Positions 1 to 8,852 of a stretch of DNA of 47,280 bases are shown here, piece by piece. A model generated the notes under the pieces. It was not told where the DNA came from, did not search any database, and was given only the letters and a program-made list of their open reading frames with translations. Origin of the DNA: a virus (Duplodnaviria; Caudoviricetes); IMG/VR virus record IMGVR_UViG_3300037722_001730, positions 1 to 47,280 of that record. One strand, 5' to 3'. The translations under genes were made by a program, and so were the position numbers. Position 1 is the stretch's first letter. Each line of letters begins with the position of its first letter.

Positions 1-462
1 GTGAGTCACTGCACATTGGCGAGCGGTCATCCGATCGACCTGCCGCGTCTGCTCGAAATGCGGATGCTCATCCAGGCAGGAAGCGGCTTCGGCAAGTCGT
101 GGGCGCTGCGCCGCTTGCTCGAGCAAACCGCGCCGATGGTGCAGCAGCTCGTGCTCGATCCCGAGGGCGAATTCGCGTCTCTGCGCGAACGATTCGATTA
201 CGTGATCTGCGCGCCGCACGACGCAGATGCGATCGCTACGCCGCGCACGGCTGCCCTGCTCGCCCGTCGGCTGCTCGAAACCGGGGTCAGCGCGATTCTC
301 GACATCTACGATCTCAAAGCTCATGACCGCGAGACGTCGTCGCGCGAGCCATTCTCTTTCCGGAAAGAGTTTGACATGCACTTGAATACTGAACGTTCGG
401 CCCGTAGAGACGTGGCGAAGCGGAAGGAAACGGCCGCAGCGAAAAACGGGCACCGAATTTAG
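1..462 (+). pseudogene. Truncated HerA/FtsK-like (DUF87/DUF853-type) ATPase, N-terminal fragment
   Basis: Walker A AGSGFGKS and LDPEGEF motif; resemblance stops after DLKAHDR (~nt 330) and no Walker B is present. Confidence 0.7.
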
Positions 463-475
463 TTGGGAGTAGACG

Positions 476-649
476 ATGGAAGCATTCGTTATCTTGAAGC
501 GGAGCGACGACGAGGATCACCCGTTCGTCGTGGTCATCGGCACCGAACACGATGCAACGGCGAAATGCCGCCAACTGAACGCCGAGGCAGACGAGCGGTT
601 GCACTCGTGGCTCGGCCCTCTCGACTACACGATCGCGATCAAGCCCTGA
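476..649 (+). CDS. Small hypothetical protein (57 aa, MEAFVILKRSDDEDHPF...)
   Basis: Read manually; GGGAG SD upstream of ATG; below the ORF-track length cutoff. Confidence 0.65.
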   Translation: MEAFVILKRSDDEDHPFVVVIGTEHDATAKCRQLNAEADERLHSWLGPLDYTIAIKP

Positions 650-664
650 GTGGAAGGTAAGCAG

Positions 665-829
665 ATGCACATGGGCGAGCCAGGGCTGCTGTTCACGAAG
701 TTCGGCTACCTGTTCAAGGTCACAGCGCGCGGCGTCGCGATGCAGAATACGCACGGCGCCTGGGTTCTGATCTTCGTGTACAGCCCAATAGCCCTACATT
801 CTTCGGAGAACGAGCTTCCAAATGGCTGA
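665..829 (+). CDS. Small hypothetical protein (54 aa)
   Basis: Read manually; GAAGGT SD-like sequence; stop overlaps the next start. Confidence 0.55.
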   Translation: MHMGEPGLLFTKFGYLFKVTARGVAMQNTHGAWVLIFVYSPIALHSSENELPNG

Positions 830-1235
830 ACCGATCAAAGACACGAGCACATATCCGGCCCCGATCCACGGCTGGTGTTGCTTCCATTGCGGCGAGAACT
901 TCACGACGGCCGGCTCGGCGCGCGATCACTTCGGCGGGAACATCTACGACACGCCGGGTTGCATGATCCGCGTGCAAGTCGGCGAGGAGCGCGGACTGCT
1001 CATGGCGCTGCGGAAGGCCGAGGCAGAGATTGCGCATCTTCGCCAGCAGCTCGACAGTGAGCCGGAGCGGAAGTGGCTCGACATGCGCATCGAGGTCCAG
1101 CTCGGAAGCTATCGCGCCTTCCGCGGCTGCCGAACGATCCAAGACGTGTTCAACGTCTACGACAGCATGGAGGGCCGGGCGCTCGCGGCCGAGGAACGCA
1201 ATTCGGAATGTTGTCGGAGGAACTCGAACCCATGA
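822..1235 (+). CDS. Hypothetical protein with C2H2-like zinc finger and coiled coil
   Basis: WCCFHCGENFTTAGSARDHFG motif; GGAG SD. Confidence 0.75.
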   Translation: MAEPIKDTSTYPAPIHGWCCFHCGENFTTAGSARDHFGGNIYDTPGCMIRVQVGEERGLLMALRKAEAEIAHLRQQLDSEPERKWLDMRIEVQLGSYRAFRGCRTIQDVFNVYDSMEGRALAAEERNSECCRRNSNP

Positions 1236-1534
1236 GAGTAGACGCGCCATCTACGTCGGATATGCCGCTCAAGCACGATGGGCACGTAACATCGAAAAAC
1301 TGCTGGTGTTCTCCGCTGCGAGACGACAAGGCCGATGGGCTTTGGATTCACTACGACGCGATCCACCCGTCTCATCAAATGACCCTGCACAATGGCTCGC
1401 TGAATGCCGGCGTGTGGAGTGGGACGTGGCGATGCACCAAGTGCCACGGCGCCGACTTCCGCAGCAGAGACGGCAGCAGAACGACGCAAGCCAGGCTCAA
1501 TTCGCCATGTTCTCGGGAAGACTCGAATGGATAG
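1232..1534 (+). CDS. Cys/His-rich hypothetical protein
   Basis: ATGA overlap with the previous gene; CWCSP and CTKC motifs. Confidence 0.6.
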   Translation: MRVDAPSTSDMPLKHDGHVTSKNCWCSPLRDDKADGLWIHYDAIHPSHQMTLHNGSLNAGVWSGTWRCTKCHGADFRSRDGSRTTQARLNSPCSREDSNG

Positions 1535-1622
1535 GCGCATTTACCTCGTTCGTGGATGGGAGATAACTGCCATGATATTTACCGGCGCTCTCGTCGGTTT
1601 TGTAGCGGGACTCTTTTGGTAG
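1527..1622 (+). CDS. Small membrane peptide (31 aa)
   Basis: Overlapping start; hydrophobic C-terminus; fills the gap between neighbours. Confidence 0.45.
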   Translation: MDRRIYLVRGWEITAMIFTGALVGFVAGLFW

Positions 1623-1640
1623 CATTCCTCGGGAAACTAA

Positions 1641-1841
1641 ATGAGCGAATCACCAGCCCGCCGCAGGCTCCGCAAGATCGCCACACAGTTCGAGTCTGAC
1701 GTGGAGTACCTGAACGAGCGTAAGGTTCACATTGTTGTCACGCGCGACGAGCATGGCAGGCGACAGTCGCTCTCACCGCAGACGGTGCACGCCATTGCTG
1801 ATGTCGTTCGACTGTTAGAGAAAAAGCCTACTGGAGAATAA
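1641..1841 (+). CDS. Hypothetical protein
   Basis: ORF in a tightly packed co-directional cluster. Confidence 0.65.
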   Translation: MSESPARRRLRKIATQFESDVEYLNERKVHIVVTRDEHGRRQSLSPQTVHAIADVVRLLEKKPTGE

Positions 1842-1844
1842 ATC

Positions 1845-2255
1845 GTGAGTGACCCAGAACCGCCAGAGCTCAACTGCAAACACGGCTGGCTCGGCGACGA
1901 CGAATGCCCATACTGCGCGCTCACCGACGCTCGGGCAGAGAACCTGCGTGCGATAGGTGAGATGGAGTCCAAACTGGAAGCCGACGAGTCGCGCGAGGAA
2001 GTCAGGGCGCTCACGGCTGAACTCGCGGACGTACGGAAGGTACTCGCGGAGAGATCGTCCAAGCTAGAAGGGCTCCAAAATCCGGTGGCTGATCTCGGCT
2101 ACGACAACCTGGACGCACTAGTCGCCGTGCACCAGCGGAACGTGAAGTGGCTCGAACAGATTGACGAAGCTCTGCGTCTCTACCGCATTCCGAACAAGGC
2201 TGAGCCTCAAGCATTCCTAGACCTTACACGCGCTATTGAGGAGCCGCCTGAATGA
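1845..2255 (+). CDS. Coiled-coil hypothetical protein with N-terminal CxHG...CPYC motif
   Basis: GGAGA SD; ATGA overlap with the next gene. Confidence 0.7.
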   Translation: MSDPEPPELNCKHGWLGDDECPYCALTDARAENLRAIGEMESKLEADESREEVRALTAELADVRKVLAERSSKLEGLQNPVADLGYDNLDALVAVHQRNVKWLEQIDEALRLYRIPNKAEPQAFLDLTRAIEEPPE

Positions 2256-2779
2256 CCGACCCAGACTACGCCCTGAAGCGGCTACTCGACACGTTACCGT
2301 ACGGTGCCGAGATTCTGCGCGAGCACATAGATGATCTTCAGTCCCGACTAGACTCTCTCCAGCAAGAGCGAGACGGACTCGCGCTGGTGATCCAAGAAGC
2401 GCATGGCGGCGAATTTGGCAAGCAAGCCGAGCGCTGGTTGACGTGGCTCATCGGGCAGGTCGGCGGCGAAGGGCTTTCCAGTGAGGAGAACCAGCACTAC
2501 CAAGACTGCATGGACGCTGCTCTTGAAATCAAAGTGCTCACGTCCAGATTAGAAGGATGCCGAGCCGCGATAATGGAGCTCGACATAGCACACCAGCTCG
2601 GCGACTTGGTGCGAGCGCAGAAGGCTGCAAACGATATTGCGAGAGCGCTAGTCGTAGAGACACCTGTTCGCAAATCAGGCGGCACGAAGCTAGTCTACGA
2701 CAAGGCCACACGCACCATCGTCAAGGTTGCGCCGGACGGCAGTCGGACAGACACCGGCATTCGCCCAGAGTGTGAGTGA
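2252..2779 (+). CDS. Coiled-coil mosaic hypothetical protein
   Basis: GAGGAG SD; overlaps at both ends. Confidence 0.7.
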   Translation: MTDPDYALKRLLDTLPYGAEILREHIDDLQSRLDSLQQERDGLALVIQEAHGGEFGKQAERWLTWLIGQVGGEGLSSEENQHYQDCMDAALEIKVLTSRLEGCRAAIMELDIAHQLGDLVRAQKAANDIARALVVETPVRKSGGTKLVYDKATRTIVKVAPDGSRTDTGIRPECE

Positions 2780-3015
2780 GACTTATGGCTAAAAAGAAAT
2801 TGAAGTTTCGAGCGACGCTGCTGCATGAGGCTCTATATGCCGCGGCTGAAGGCGCAGAGGATCTGACCGGTAACGAAGAGATGGGAGCCAAGTTGCGCGA
2901 GGTTTTGCACGCCATTGGCGACTGCATCTATCACCGTGACGAGAACAAAATGCGGTCCCTGTTCCGAGAGTACGGAGCGACCCGCGCCGAGGTTGACCGA
3001 GACGCCAAGCTTTAG
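2776..3015 (+). CDS. Hypothetical protein
   Basis: GTGA overlap; converges on the lysis cassette. Confidence 0.6.
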   Translation: MRLMAKKKLKFRATLLHEALYAAAEGAEDLTGNEEMGAKLREVLHAIGDCIYHRDENKMRSLFREYGATRAEVDRDAKL

Positions 3016-3036
3016 GCGTTGGTCCTAACGACGACA

Positions 3037-3417
3037 CTACCGCCGAAGTTTCAAAAGGATCTCGCAAGCCGGCGACTGATGTTCGTGGCCCTTGACGGCT
3101 CTGTAATCGTTTTGCAGCTCGCGGCGATAGTCGAGCAGCCGGCGGTCCACGGTCTCCATGCACAGCGCCGCGGTCACGTCATCGATCTGCTTGGCGAGCA
3201 GACTGGCCCGAACGTCGTTCACCTGCTGCTTGACGTCCTCGACCTCGTCCGCGCGCGCGAAGCCGGGATAGCCCATCGAGGCGAAGAGGCCGACGCTCCA
3301 GAGGAACGCGACGAATAGGAAAGACAGTGTTCCTGACACGCAGATTCTCCACCAGAGGTTCGGCTCAATCCCAGGAGGGACGAGGGCCTTGCCGACATCT
3401 TTTGCTAAGCTGACCAA
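3037..3417 (-). CDS. Membrane protein at end of lysis cassette (N-terminal TM, coiled coil, two Cys)
   Basis: TM segment ICVSGTLSFLFVAFLWSVGLF; GGAG SD. Confidence 0.7.
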   Translation of the reverse strand: MVSLAKDVGKALVPPGIEPNLWWRICVSGTLSFLFVAFLWSVGLFASMGYPGFARADEVEDVKQQVNDVRASLLAKQIDDVTAALCMETVDRRLLDYRRELQNDYRAVKGHEHQSPACEILLKLRR

Positions 3418-3439
3418 TGCATACTCCGTGCCATATTAA

Positions 3440-3793
3440 TTAACCCATCCAGAGCAACGCCGCCAACACGGCAGCAGAGATCATCAGTGTGAGAACCTGC
3501 ACCAAGACTCGACCTACCGCCCCCTTCCCGCCCGCTTGCCCCTGCAGCTGTGCTAGCGCCAGACTCACGTCGTTACGCCACGCATCCATTTTGCTGGTGT
3601 AGCCGGAGAACTTCTCTTCGCTGACGTAGGTTCGCTGATCCTCGACCTGCTTATCGTGTGCGTGGTTCAGCTCATCCAGCCTACGCTCGTATTCTTTGGC
3701 CTGTAGTGCAAGCTGAATGTCTCGGTCGCGCAATTGCTGTTCCAGCACGGCGATGCGCACGCTGTGACTCTCGCGCCACGGTTCCTCTGGCAT
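3440..3793 (-). CDS. Coiled-coil protein with C-terminal TM (lysis-associated)
   Basis: Heptad pattern followed by VLVQVLTLMISAAVLAALLW. Confidence 0.7.
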   Translation of the reverse strand: MPEEPWRESHSVRIAVLEQQLRDRDIQLALQAKEYERRLDELNHAHDKQVEDQRTYVSEEKFSGYTSKMDAWRNDVSLALAQLQGQAGGKGAVGRVLVQVLTLMISAAVLAALLWMG

Positions 3794-3807
3794 TGCACCG
3801 CCCAGTC

Positions 3808-4068
3808 CTAGTCAGTCGGCAAATCGCGGATTTGGTCCGACAGTTCCTTGCGCCGATCCCGCACGCTCTGGCGCTCCTCGGGCGTGGGATCGCGACCGGC
3901 GTCCACCATCGCCTGAATCTCTGCCGTGAGCTCGGCGAACTTCTCCTTGTCGTCTTTTGTCGCCTCGGCAATGGTGCCGATCAGGTCGAGATAGCCAGCA
4001 ATATCGTCCTGGCCTCTACCTCGTGCGAAGTCAGCCAGGGCCGCGAGTACTAATTGAATGGGTGTCAT
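3808..4068 (-). CDS. Small helical protein in lysis cassette
   Basis: AGGAGAG SD; follows the lipoprotein. Confidence 0.7.
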   Translation of the reverse strand: MTPIQLVLAALADFARGRGQDDIAGYLDLIGTIAEATKDDKEKFAELTAEIQAMVDAGRDPTPEERQSVRDRRKELSDQIRDLPTD

Positions 4069-4077
4069 GTTGCTCTC

Positions 4078-4458
4078 CTAATGGAATGCGTCTTGAAGCG
4101 TGACGAGGGCCGCTTGTGCCTCAGTGAGCCACCGCTCGAGATTCGTCACGGCGATCGTGACTTGCTCGGCGGTGGATTGGCCGGCATCGAAGCGCGCGCG
4201 CTCGACCTCGTATCTGGCCAAGGCGTCCGACAGCGAGTCAACGATAGGCGTTGCTCTGGCTTCGGCGCTTTGGATCGACTGCCGCGTGCTCGCCGATGTG
4301 GATGCAGCGCTGGCGATCTGTAGGGCGTCTTCGAGCAGGATGTTGTAGGCACGTTCAATGCCGTAACCTTTCTGCGCCGGGGATTCTGCGACCGACAGAA
4401 AGCCGTTCGCGCAACCGGCCAAACACATCAGCAGAAAACCGATAATCGAAAGTCTCAT
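4078..4458 (-). CDS. Lipoprotein (possible spanin-like function)
   Basis: Start reassigned to MRLSIIGFLLMCLAGC; lipobox LAGC; AAGGAG SD. Confidence 0.75.
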   Translation of the reverse strand: MRLSIIGFLLMCLAGCANGFLSVAESPAQKGYGIERAYNILLEDALQIASAASTSASTRQSIQSAEARATPIVDSLSDALARYEVERARFDAGQSTAEQVTIAVTNLERWLTEAQAALVTLQDAFH

Positions 4459-4460
4459 GA

Positions 4461-4763
4461 TTACTCCTTGGTGGTGTGCAGAGCTGTTTCCATCGCGGTC
4501 GCCGTCTTGGCTTGTGCGACCGCAATACGTTCTTTCGTGGTGTTTGAAACCCCGGCCGCGACCGTGCCGCCGCCGAGCAACAGATTGAGCAGCGACAACA
4601 CGATCGTCATCCACCGAATCGTGACGGGATCGAGTAGTGCGGGCTCGGTTTCGCTGCCGTTAAACATCCCGAGAGCGATCAGACTCAACATGCCGGCAAC
4701 CAGAGTCGCGAGCGAGCCGAGGATCTTGACTCGGTTGTTTGTCCAGAAATCCCAAAAGGTCAT
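4461..4763 (-). CDS. Holin-like protein, two TM helices
   Basis: Two hydrophobic segments; directly after the endolysin; AGGAG SD. Confidence 0.7.
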   Translation of the reverse strand: MTFWDFWTNNRVKILGSLATLVAGMLSLIALGMFNGSETEPALLDPVTIRWMTIVLSLLNLLLGGGTVAAGVSNTTKERIAVAQAKTATAMETALHTTKE

Positions 4764-4772
4764 AGCGATCTC

Positions 4773-5174
4773 CTACGGCTGGTACTGCCGAATCTCAAGC
4801 TCAAATTCCTGACGCCCGTAGTGCTCCATGAACAGCGCGAACGCGGTCCCGGAATCCAAGCCGGCCCATATCCCCTTCAGCGTTCCGAGACGGCTTGTAA
4901 CCGCGATACAGCCTGCCAAGTCGTGCATGGTGTTGCCCTTGTGCCAAAGGATGTGCGTGCGCCCTGGCACGTCACAGACCTCGACGGCCGGATAACCGCC
5001 GCGGTTGTATCTGCGGGGCTTGCAGGTGTACTTGCCGAGCGGAATACAGCTCACCGATGGCAGGTTTTGAAGCCACGGACGTTCGACGGTGTAGAGCCGT
5101 TGACCGTCTACCGCGATCTCGCCGAAGCACCCGAATTCGCTCCAAGCGAAACGGGCCAGTAGAAGATTGAGCAC
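4773..5174 (-). CDS. DUF5675-family putative endolysin (L,D-peptidase-like)
   Basis: TVERPW...SCIPLGKY...VPGRTHILWHKGN...GCI signature; AAGGAG SD. Confidence 0.85.
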   Translation of the reverse strand: MLNLLLARFAWSEFGCFGEIAVDGQRLYTVERPWLQNLPSVSCIPLGKYTCKPRRYNRGGYPAVEVCDVPGRTHILWHKGNTMHDLAGCIAVTSRLGTLKGIWAGLDSGTAFALFMEHYGRQEFELEIRQYQP

Positions 5175-5238
5175 TGCGTCTCCTTTATGACAAAAGCGGG
5201 TTTATCCCGAAGTAGGAACGGCCTAGACTCGGACGCTT

Positions 5239-5574
5239 ATGAAATACCTGCCCATCGGCGTTGCGACCGCCGTCATCGTCGCCTTTCAGATCGGTTGCAC
5301 CTACGTGCTCATGACGCGCTCGCAACCGGTAGACGAAATATTCGTCGACCACGTTCAACAGATCGTTTACGACGGTGAGGTCGTGCGTGCTGACGTTGGA
5401 CGAGCTTGGGTCTCCGGTGCGGAAGCGCGGAGCGTCGGCGACACGGAAACCAGGACCGTCGCCAGGCTAGTGCTCACGCGCGAAGCCACCGTCACGCTTC
5501 ACAAGCAGCTGGCGGAACTGCTGGCGGTCGTGCGAAGGCCGCCTGTGCGCGCCGAACCCGATGCGGCTCTATGA
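5239..5574 (+). CDS. Counter-oriented membrane-anchored protein (moron)
   Basis: Only + strand gene in the late region; N-terminal TM; TAGACT -10-like box at 5224-5229. Confidence 0.65.
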   Translation: MKYLPIGVATAVIVAFQIGCTYVLMTRSQPVDEIFVDHVQQIVYDGEVVRADVGRAWVSGAEARSVGDTETRTVARLVLTREATVTLHKQLAELLAVVRRPPVRAEPDAAL

Positions 5575-5994
5575 CAGAGCCTTACGCTTCTCCGCTATCG
5601 CAGCCTCGATCTCTTGCAGCCGCCCGCGTGCCTCAACATTCGACGAATCGATTAGCAGTTCGCGCATCGCTCTCAACTGAGTAGACTCAAGCCGCTCGAT
5701 CTCCCTGCGAGCGCCCGCGACTCGCAGCTCGCGCTCGACGACCTCCGGCTTCTTGACCCACCGCGGCCGGCCGTTGATGACGTTGTCGCGCCACTCGTGG
5801 TCCTCGTCCGGTTGCGGCGGCACGTAATCCACGACGGCGCCGGTCGTAAGGTCGACGCGCTGCGAGAGTGGATCGAATCTGCCCTGGATGACGCCGAGCC
5901 CCTCGGGCACGTTGCGCTCGATCGCGTGATCCGGCAGCGTCAATACGCGCTTCAACTGTCCAGTCCCCAAGTCAAATAACGTGATCGTCTTCAT
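5569..5994 (-). CDS. Putative tail fibre assembly/chaperone protein
   Basis: Directly after the tail tip gene (ATGA overlap); PPQPDEDHEW then a helical C-terminus. Confidence 0.65.
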   Translation of the reverse strand: MKTITLFDLGTGQLKRVLTLPDHAIERNVPEGLGVIQGRFDPLSQRVDLTTGAVVDYVPPQPDEDHEWRDNVINGRPRWVKKPEVVERELRVAGARREIERLESTQLRAMRELLIDSSNVEARGRLQEIEAAIAEKRKALS

Positions 5995-8852
5995 CGCTTG
6001 ATGACTGTGATGTCGATAAAGCGATCATTCGCCGAATTCGTGGTGATCCGCACCCCGCAATCGTACGTCCCCGGCGCAACGGGATGAGCGAATGTCACGA
6101 CCGGAAAATTGATCCCAGAGCCAGTGATACCCTGTCCGTCCGTGCCGCCGACGAACGGCACCCAGCCGCCGCTGCTGTTCGCGCGACCGGTGACCACGAT
6201 CACGCTATCCACATTGACGGTGACACTCACCTTGTCTTCGAAGACGGCTAACTCTGAGCCGAACTCCTCGATCGTGTAGACCTCGGTTGCCGACTCCGGA
6301 TTCAGCCCAAACGTATCCACCGGCGGCAGGACGCCCGGCAGCAGATCGACGTTGCTGCCGAGCTCGGTGAGGGCCGCCCAGGCGACTTCAAGGTACGTGC
6401 TCGTATTCGGATCGAAGTTACCGAAGCATAGGCTCATGAACTGCGCGCCGGCCGTCGGCGTGTATTCAAAGGTCTGTTCAACAGCCGTTGTCCCCGGCAT
6501 CGCAGCATTGGTGACCGGCCCGACAGACGATACGGCGTCGACCACGACGGACTCAACTGATCCGCTGCTATGGTTGCCGACGTGAGTGATGCCGCTCGGG
6601 AGCGCGGCGTTGTACTCGTATGCGAGCAGGTACAGCCCGTCGGTGCTCGCGGCGCCGGAACGCCACTTCACCGTGATCTGATAAGTGCGAGCAGGATCAA
6701 TCGGAATGGCTGGAATCCCGTAGACGACGCTCGCGTCCGGAGTGCTTGCAATACGCATCCAGCCGTCAACGAGCGATACCTGCGACCGGTCATCAATACC
6801 CTGGACGCCGCGCATCCCCGCCGGCTTCCCCTGCGAGTCAGCAGCCCAACCGACCGCGTTCACGAGCACGTGCGTGATCGGACCGAAGGTGACGGAGTTG
6901 ACGGCGGCGCCAATATTGTTGAACGACGAATCGACAAAGAGCCGAGCGCCGACGAGCGCTACCGTGCGCAGGAGCGTCGAGTTGCGATAGTAGCGAACGC
7001 GCAGGCCGTCGTACGTAATCGTGAATTGGTCGGTCGTTACGCGAGACCCGGCGTCGAGCACAATGGCGCCGTTCTCGTAGATATGAACGCCGCCGCCACC
7101 GCTGCTGTGCGTATAAATCGCGAAGTCAATCGATGCTTCGGTGTTATCCGTCGCTGGGTCCGTATTCAGGCCCACCATGACATTTGTGGTAAGGTCGCTT
7201 GCGCGCCAACTCACCGCGCACGCGTGGTAACCCTCCTGCGAGTAGAAAGCTGAGTCCCACGTGCTCGCCGCCCCGCCCGTCTTCGTGAACGTCGAGCCGA
7301 CGCGCGTGACGTTGGCGAGGATGGGGGTCCAAGGTCCCATCGGAAGGTCGAACGGCACCTGCGCTTGCGGTAACGTTGGGCTCGCCGCAATCGCAGTCTC
7401 TTCCGCATCCCACGCATAGAGCGATTCCGGCCCGGCCTCAAGGACCAAATCCGTGACGACCGCAACCTTGCCCTCGCTGATCGGGATCGGTCTGAGCTGG
7501 CAATCAATCACGCGCATCGCCTGAGATGAAATCCCAAACGACTCTCGGGTAATCAAGATCGTTTCGCCTGGCACCGCCCGATAGCCGTAGAGGCTGGTCG
7601 TGCAGCTGATCGTCTTCCCGGCCGCTTCCCGCTCGAGCATCAGCTTTGCAATACGCTGCGCGCGCGCCGCGTCGTTCACCAGCGCGAGATCGAGTGGGAA
7701 TATTTTTTCTTCCCCGGCCACCGCCGATGGCAAGCTGTACGGCGGGTAATCGATCACCCCGCCGCTCTCCGATGTCGACGCTAAAACGCCCTGCACGGTA
7801 TCAAAGCGCGCGCGCTCACCCTTGTGCACGAGATGCCGTAACGGGCCGATGAAGTGCTTGTCCTCAAGATGCAATGTCGGCGCGCGGTAGGCGCCTGCGA
7901 AGTAGCGCCAAAAGCGGTCCGCGAACGTGATGTCACCCGCGATCGCAACTTCGAAGTGCCGCAGGATTTCGCCTGGATCCTGCGCCGGGTCGATGATTCC
8001 ATCAGCCGTGTAGCGCTTCTGGGTACCGCCAACTGCTAACGCGACATCCTCGTCCGCGACGTTTGATTCCGCGATGACATTCGCCCAATCGAAGCGTGTC
8101 GACTTGATCAAGAGCCCGGCGATCGGCTTGCCGCCGACCATAATGCCGCGCATCCAGTCGTTCGCGCAGGTAATCGCGTTACGGCTCCATTCCCACGTCG
8201 ACGGTGTCGCGAGCCGATGCGATCCAGAGCCGCCGTTCGTGCTGTCCAGCCGCGCGTCATAGACCTTTCGGCCGCGCGTCTTGAATCGAAACGACGGCGG
8301 TGAGGATAGAGTCTCCTCGTTGAATGTCAGCTTCACGATCGCGTAGGCGTCCCCACGTAACCTGTGGTTGCTGGTCCAATTCGCGAACGCCGTGACGAGC
8401 GTCGAGTCGGCGGTCTGATCGTCCGTGCCGAGATAAAAGCGCACGTTCATCAGCCCGACCCACTTGGCCGGGGCAGTCACGTTGCCGCTGCCGTCGAGGG
8501 TCAGCGTCTCACGGTCCGCCTCCACCGCCTGAACCGAGTCGATCTCGTGCCCGGCCAGCACGATCACGAGATACAGTTCCTTGTTGTCGGTCCCCGTCGC
8601 GTTTCGATAGCGCAGCGTGCCCGCCGTCCACGCCTCGCCGTAGATAATCTTGCGCGACGCGATTGGATCGCCGTTCAGTTGCAGCTCGGCGCCGAAGCCG
8701 CTGGCGAGCCGAGGTTCCTTCGGTTTTCGCAAGGCCGCGATGCCGCCCACGATCAGGGCCCTGGAGATTATTAGACCGATGCCGGTCCAGCCGAAGACGA
8801 CACCGACGACCACGCCGGCCGCAATCGACAAGATCGCCGCGACTTTCGACAT
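5991..8852 (-). CDS. Tail tip/host-specificity protein (gpJ-like) with C-terminal lectin-like domains
   Basis: RKIIYGE, HRLRGDAY, GRKVYDARLDST and AQRIAKLML motifs; beta-rich C-terminal domains. Confidence 0.9.
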   Translation of the reverse strand: MSKVAAILSIAAGVVVGVVFGWTGIGLIISRALIVGGIAALRKPKEPRLASGFGAELQLNGDPIASRKIIYGEAWTAGTLRYRNATGTDNKELYLVIVLAGHEIDSVQAVEADRETLTLDGSGNVTAPAKWVGLMNVRFYLGTDDQTADSTLVTAFANWTSNHRLRGDAYAIVKLTFNEETLSSPPSFRFKTRGRKVYDARLDSTNGGSGSHRLATPSTWEWSRNAITCANDWMRGIMVGGKPIAGLLIKSTRFDWANVIAESNVADEDVALAVGGTQKRYTADGIIDPAQDPGEILRHFEVAIAGDITFADRFWRYFAGAYRAPTLHLEDKHFIGPLRHLVHKGERARFDTVQGVLASTSESGGVIDYPPYSLPSAVAGEEKIFPLDLALVNDAARAQRIAKLMLEREAAGKTISCTTSLYGYRAVPGETILITRESFGISSQAMRVIDCQLRPIPISEGKVAVVTDLVLEAGPESLYAWDAEETAIAASPTLPQAQVPFDLPMGPWTPILANVTRVGSTFTKTGGAASTWDSAFYSQEGYHACAVSWRASDLTTNVMVGLNTDPATDNTEASIDFAIYTHSSGGGGVHIYENGAIVLDAGSRVTTDQFTITYDGLRVRYYRNSTLLRTVALVGARLFVDSSFNNIGAAVNSVTFGPITHVLVNAVGWAADSQGKPAGMRGVQGIDDRSQVSLVDGWMRIASTPDASVVYGIPAIPIDPARTYQITVKWRSGAASTDGLYLLAYEYNAALPSGITHVGNHSSGSVESVVVDAVSSVGPVTNAAMPGTTAVEQTFEYTPTAGAQFMSLCFGNFDPNTSTYLEVAWAALTELGSNVDLLPGVLPPVDTFGLNPESATEVYTIEEFGSELAVFEDKVSVTVNVDSVIVVTGRANSSGGWVPFVGGTDGQGITGSGINFPVVTFAHPVAPGTYDCGVRITTNSANDRFIDITVIKR

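Noticed and set aside
371-381. TTGACATGCAC identical to the pL -35 region (33029-33039)
   Set aside because: No -10 box at 16-18 bp and no CAAC-N5-GTTG operator; an 11-bp match can occur by chance
5991-8852. Diversity-generating retroelement or invertible tail cassette
   Set aside because: No reverse transcriptase, invertase or TR/VR repeat pair seen
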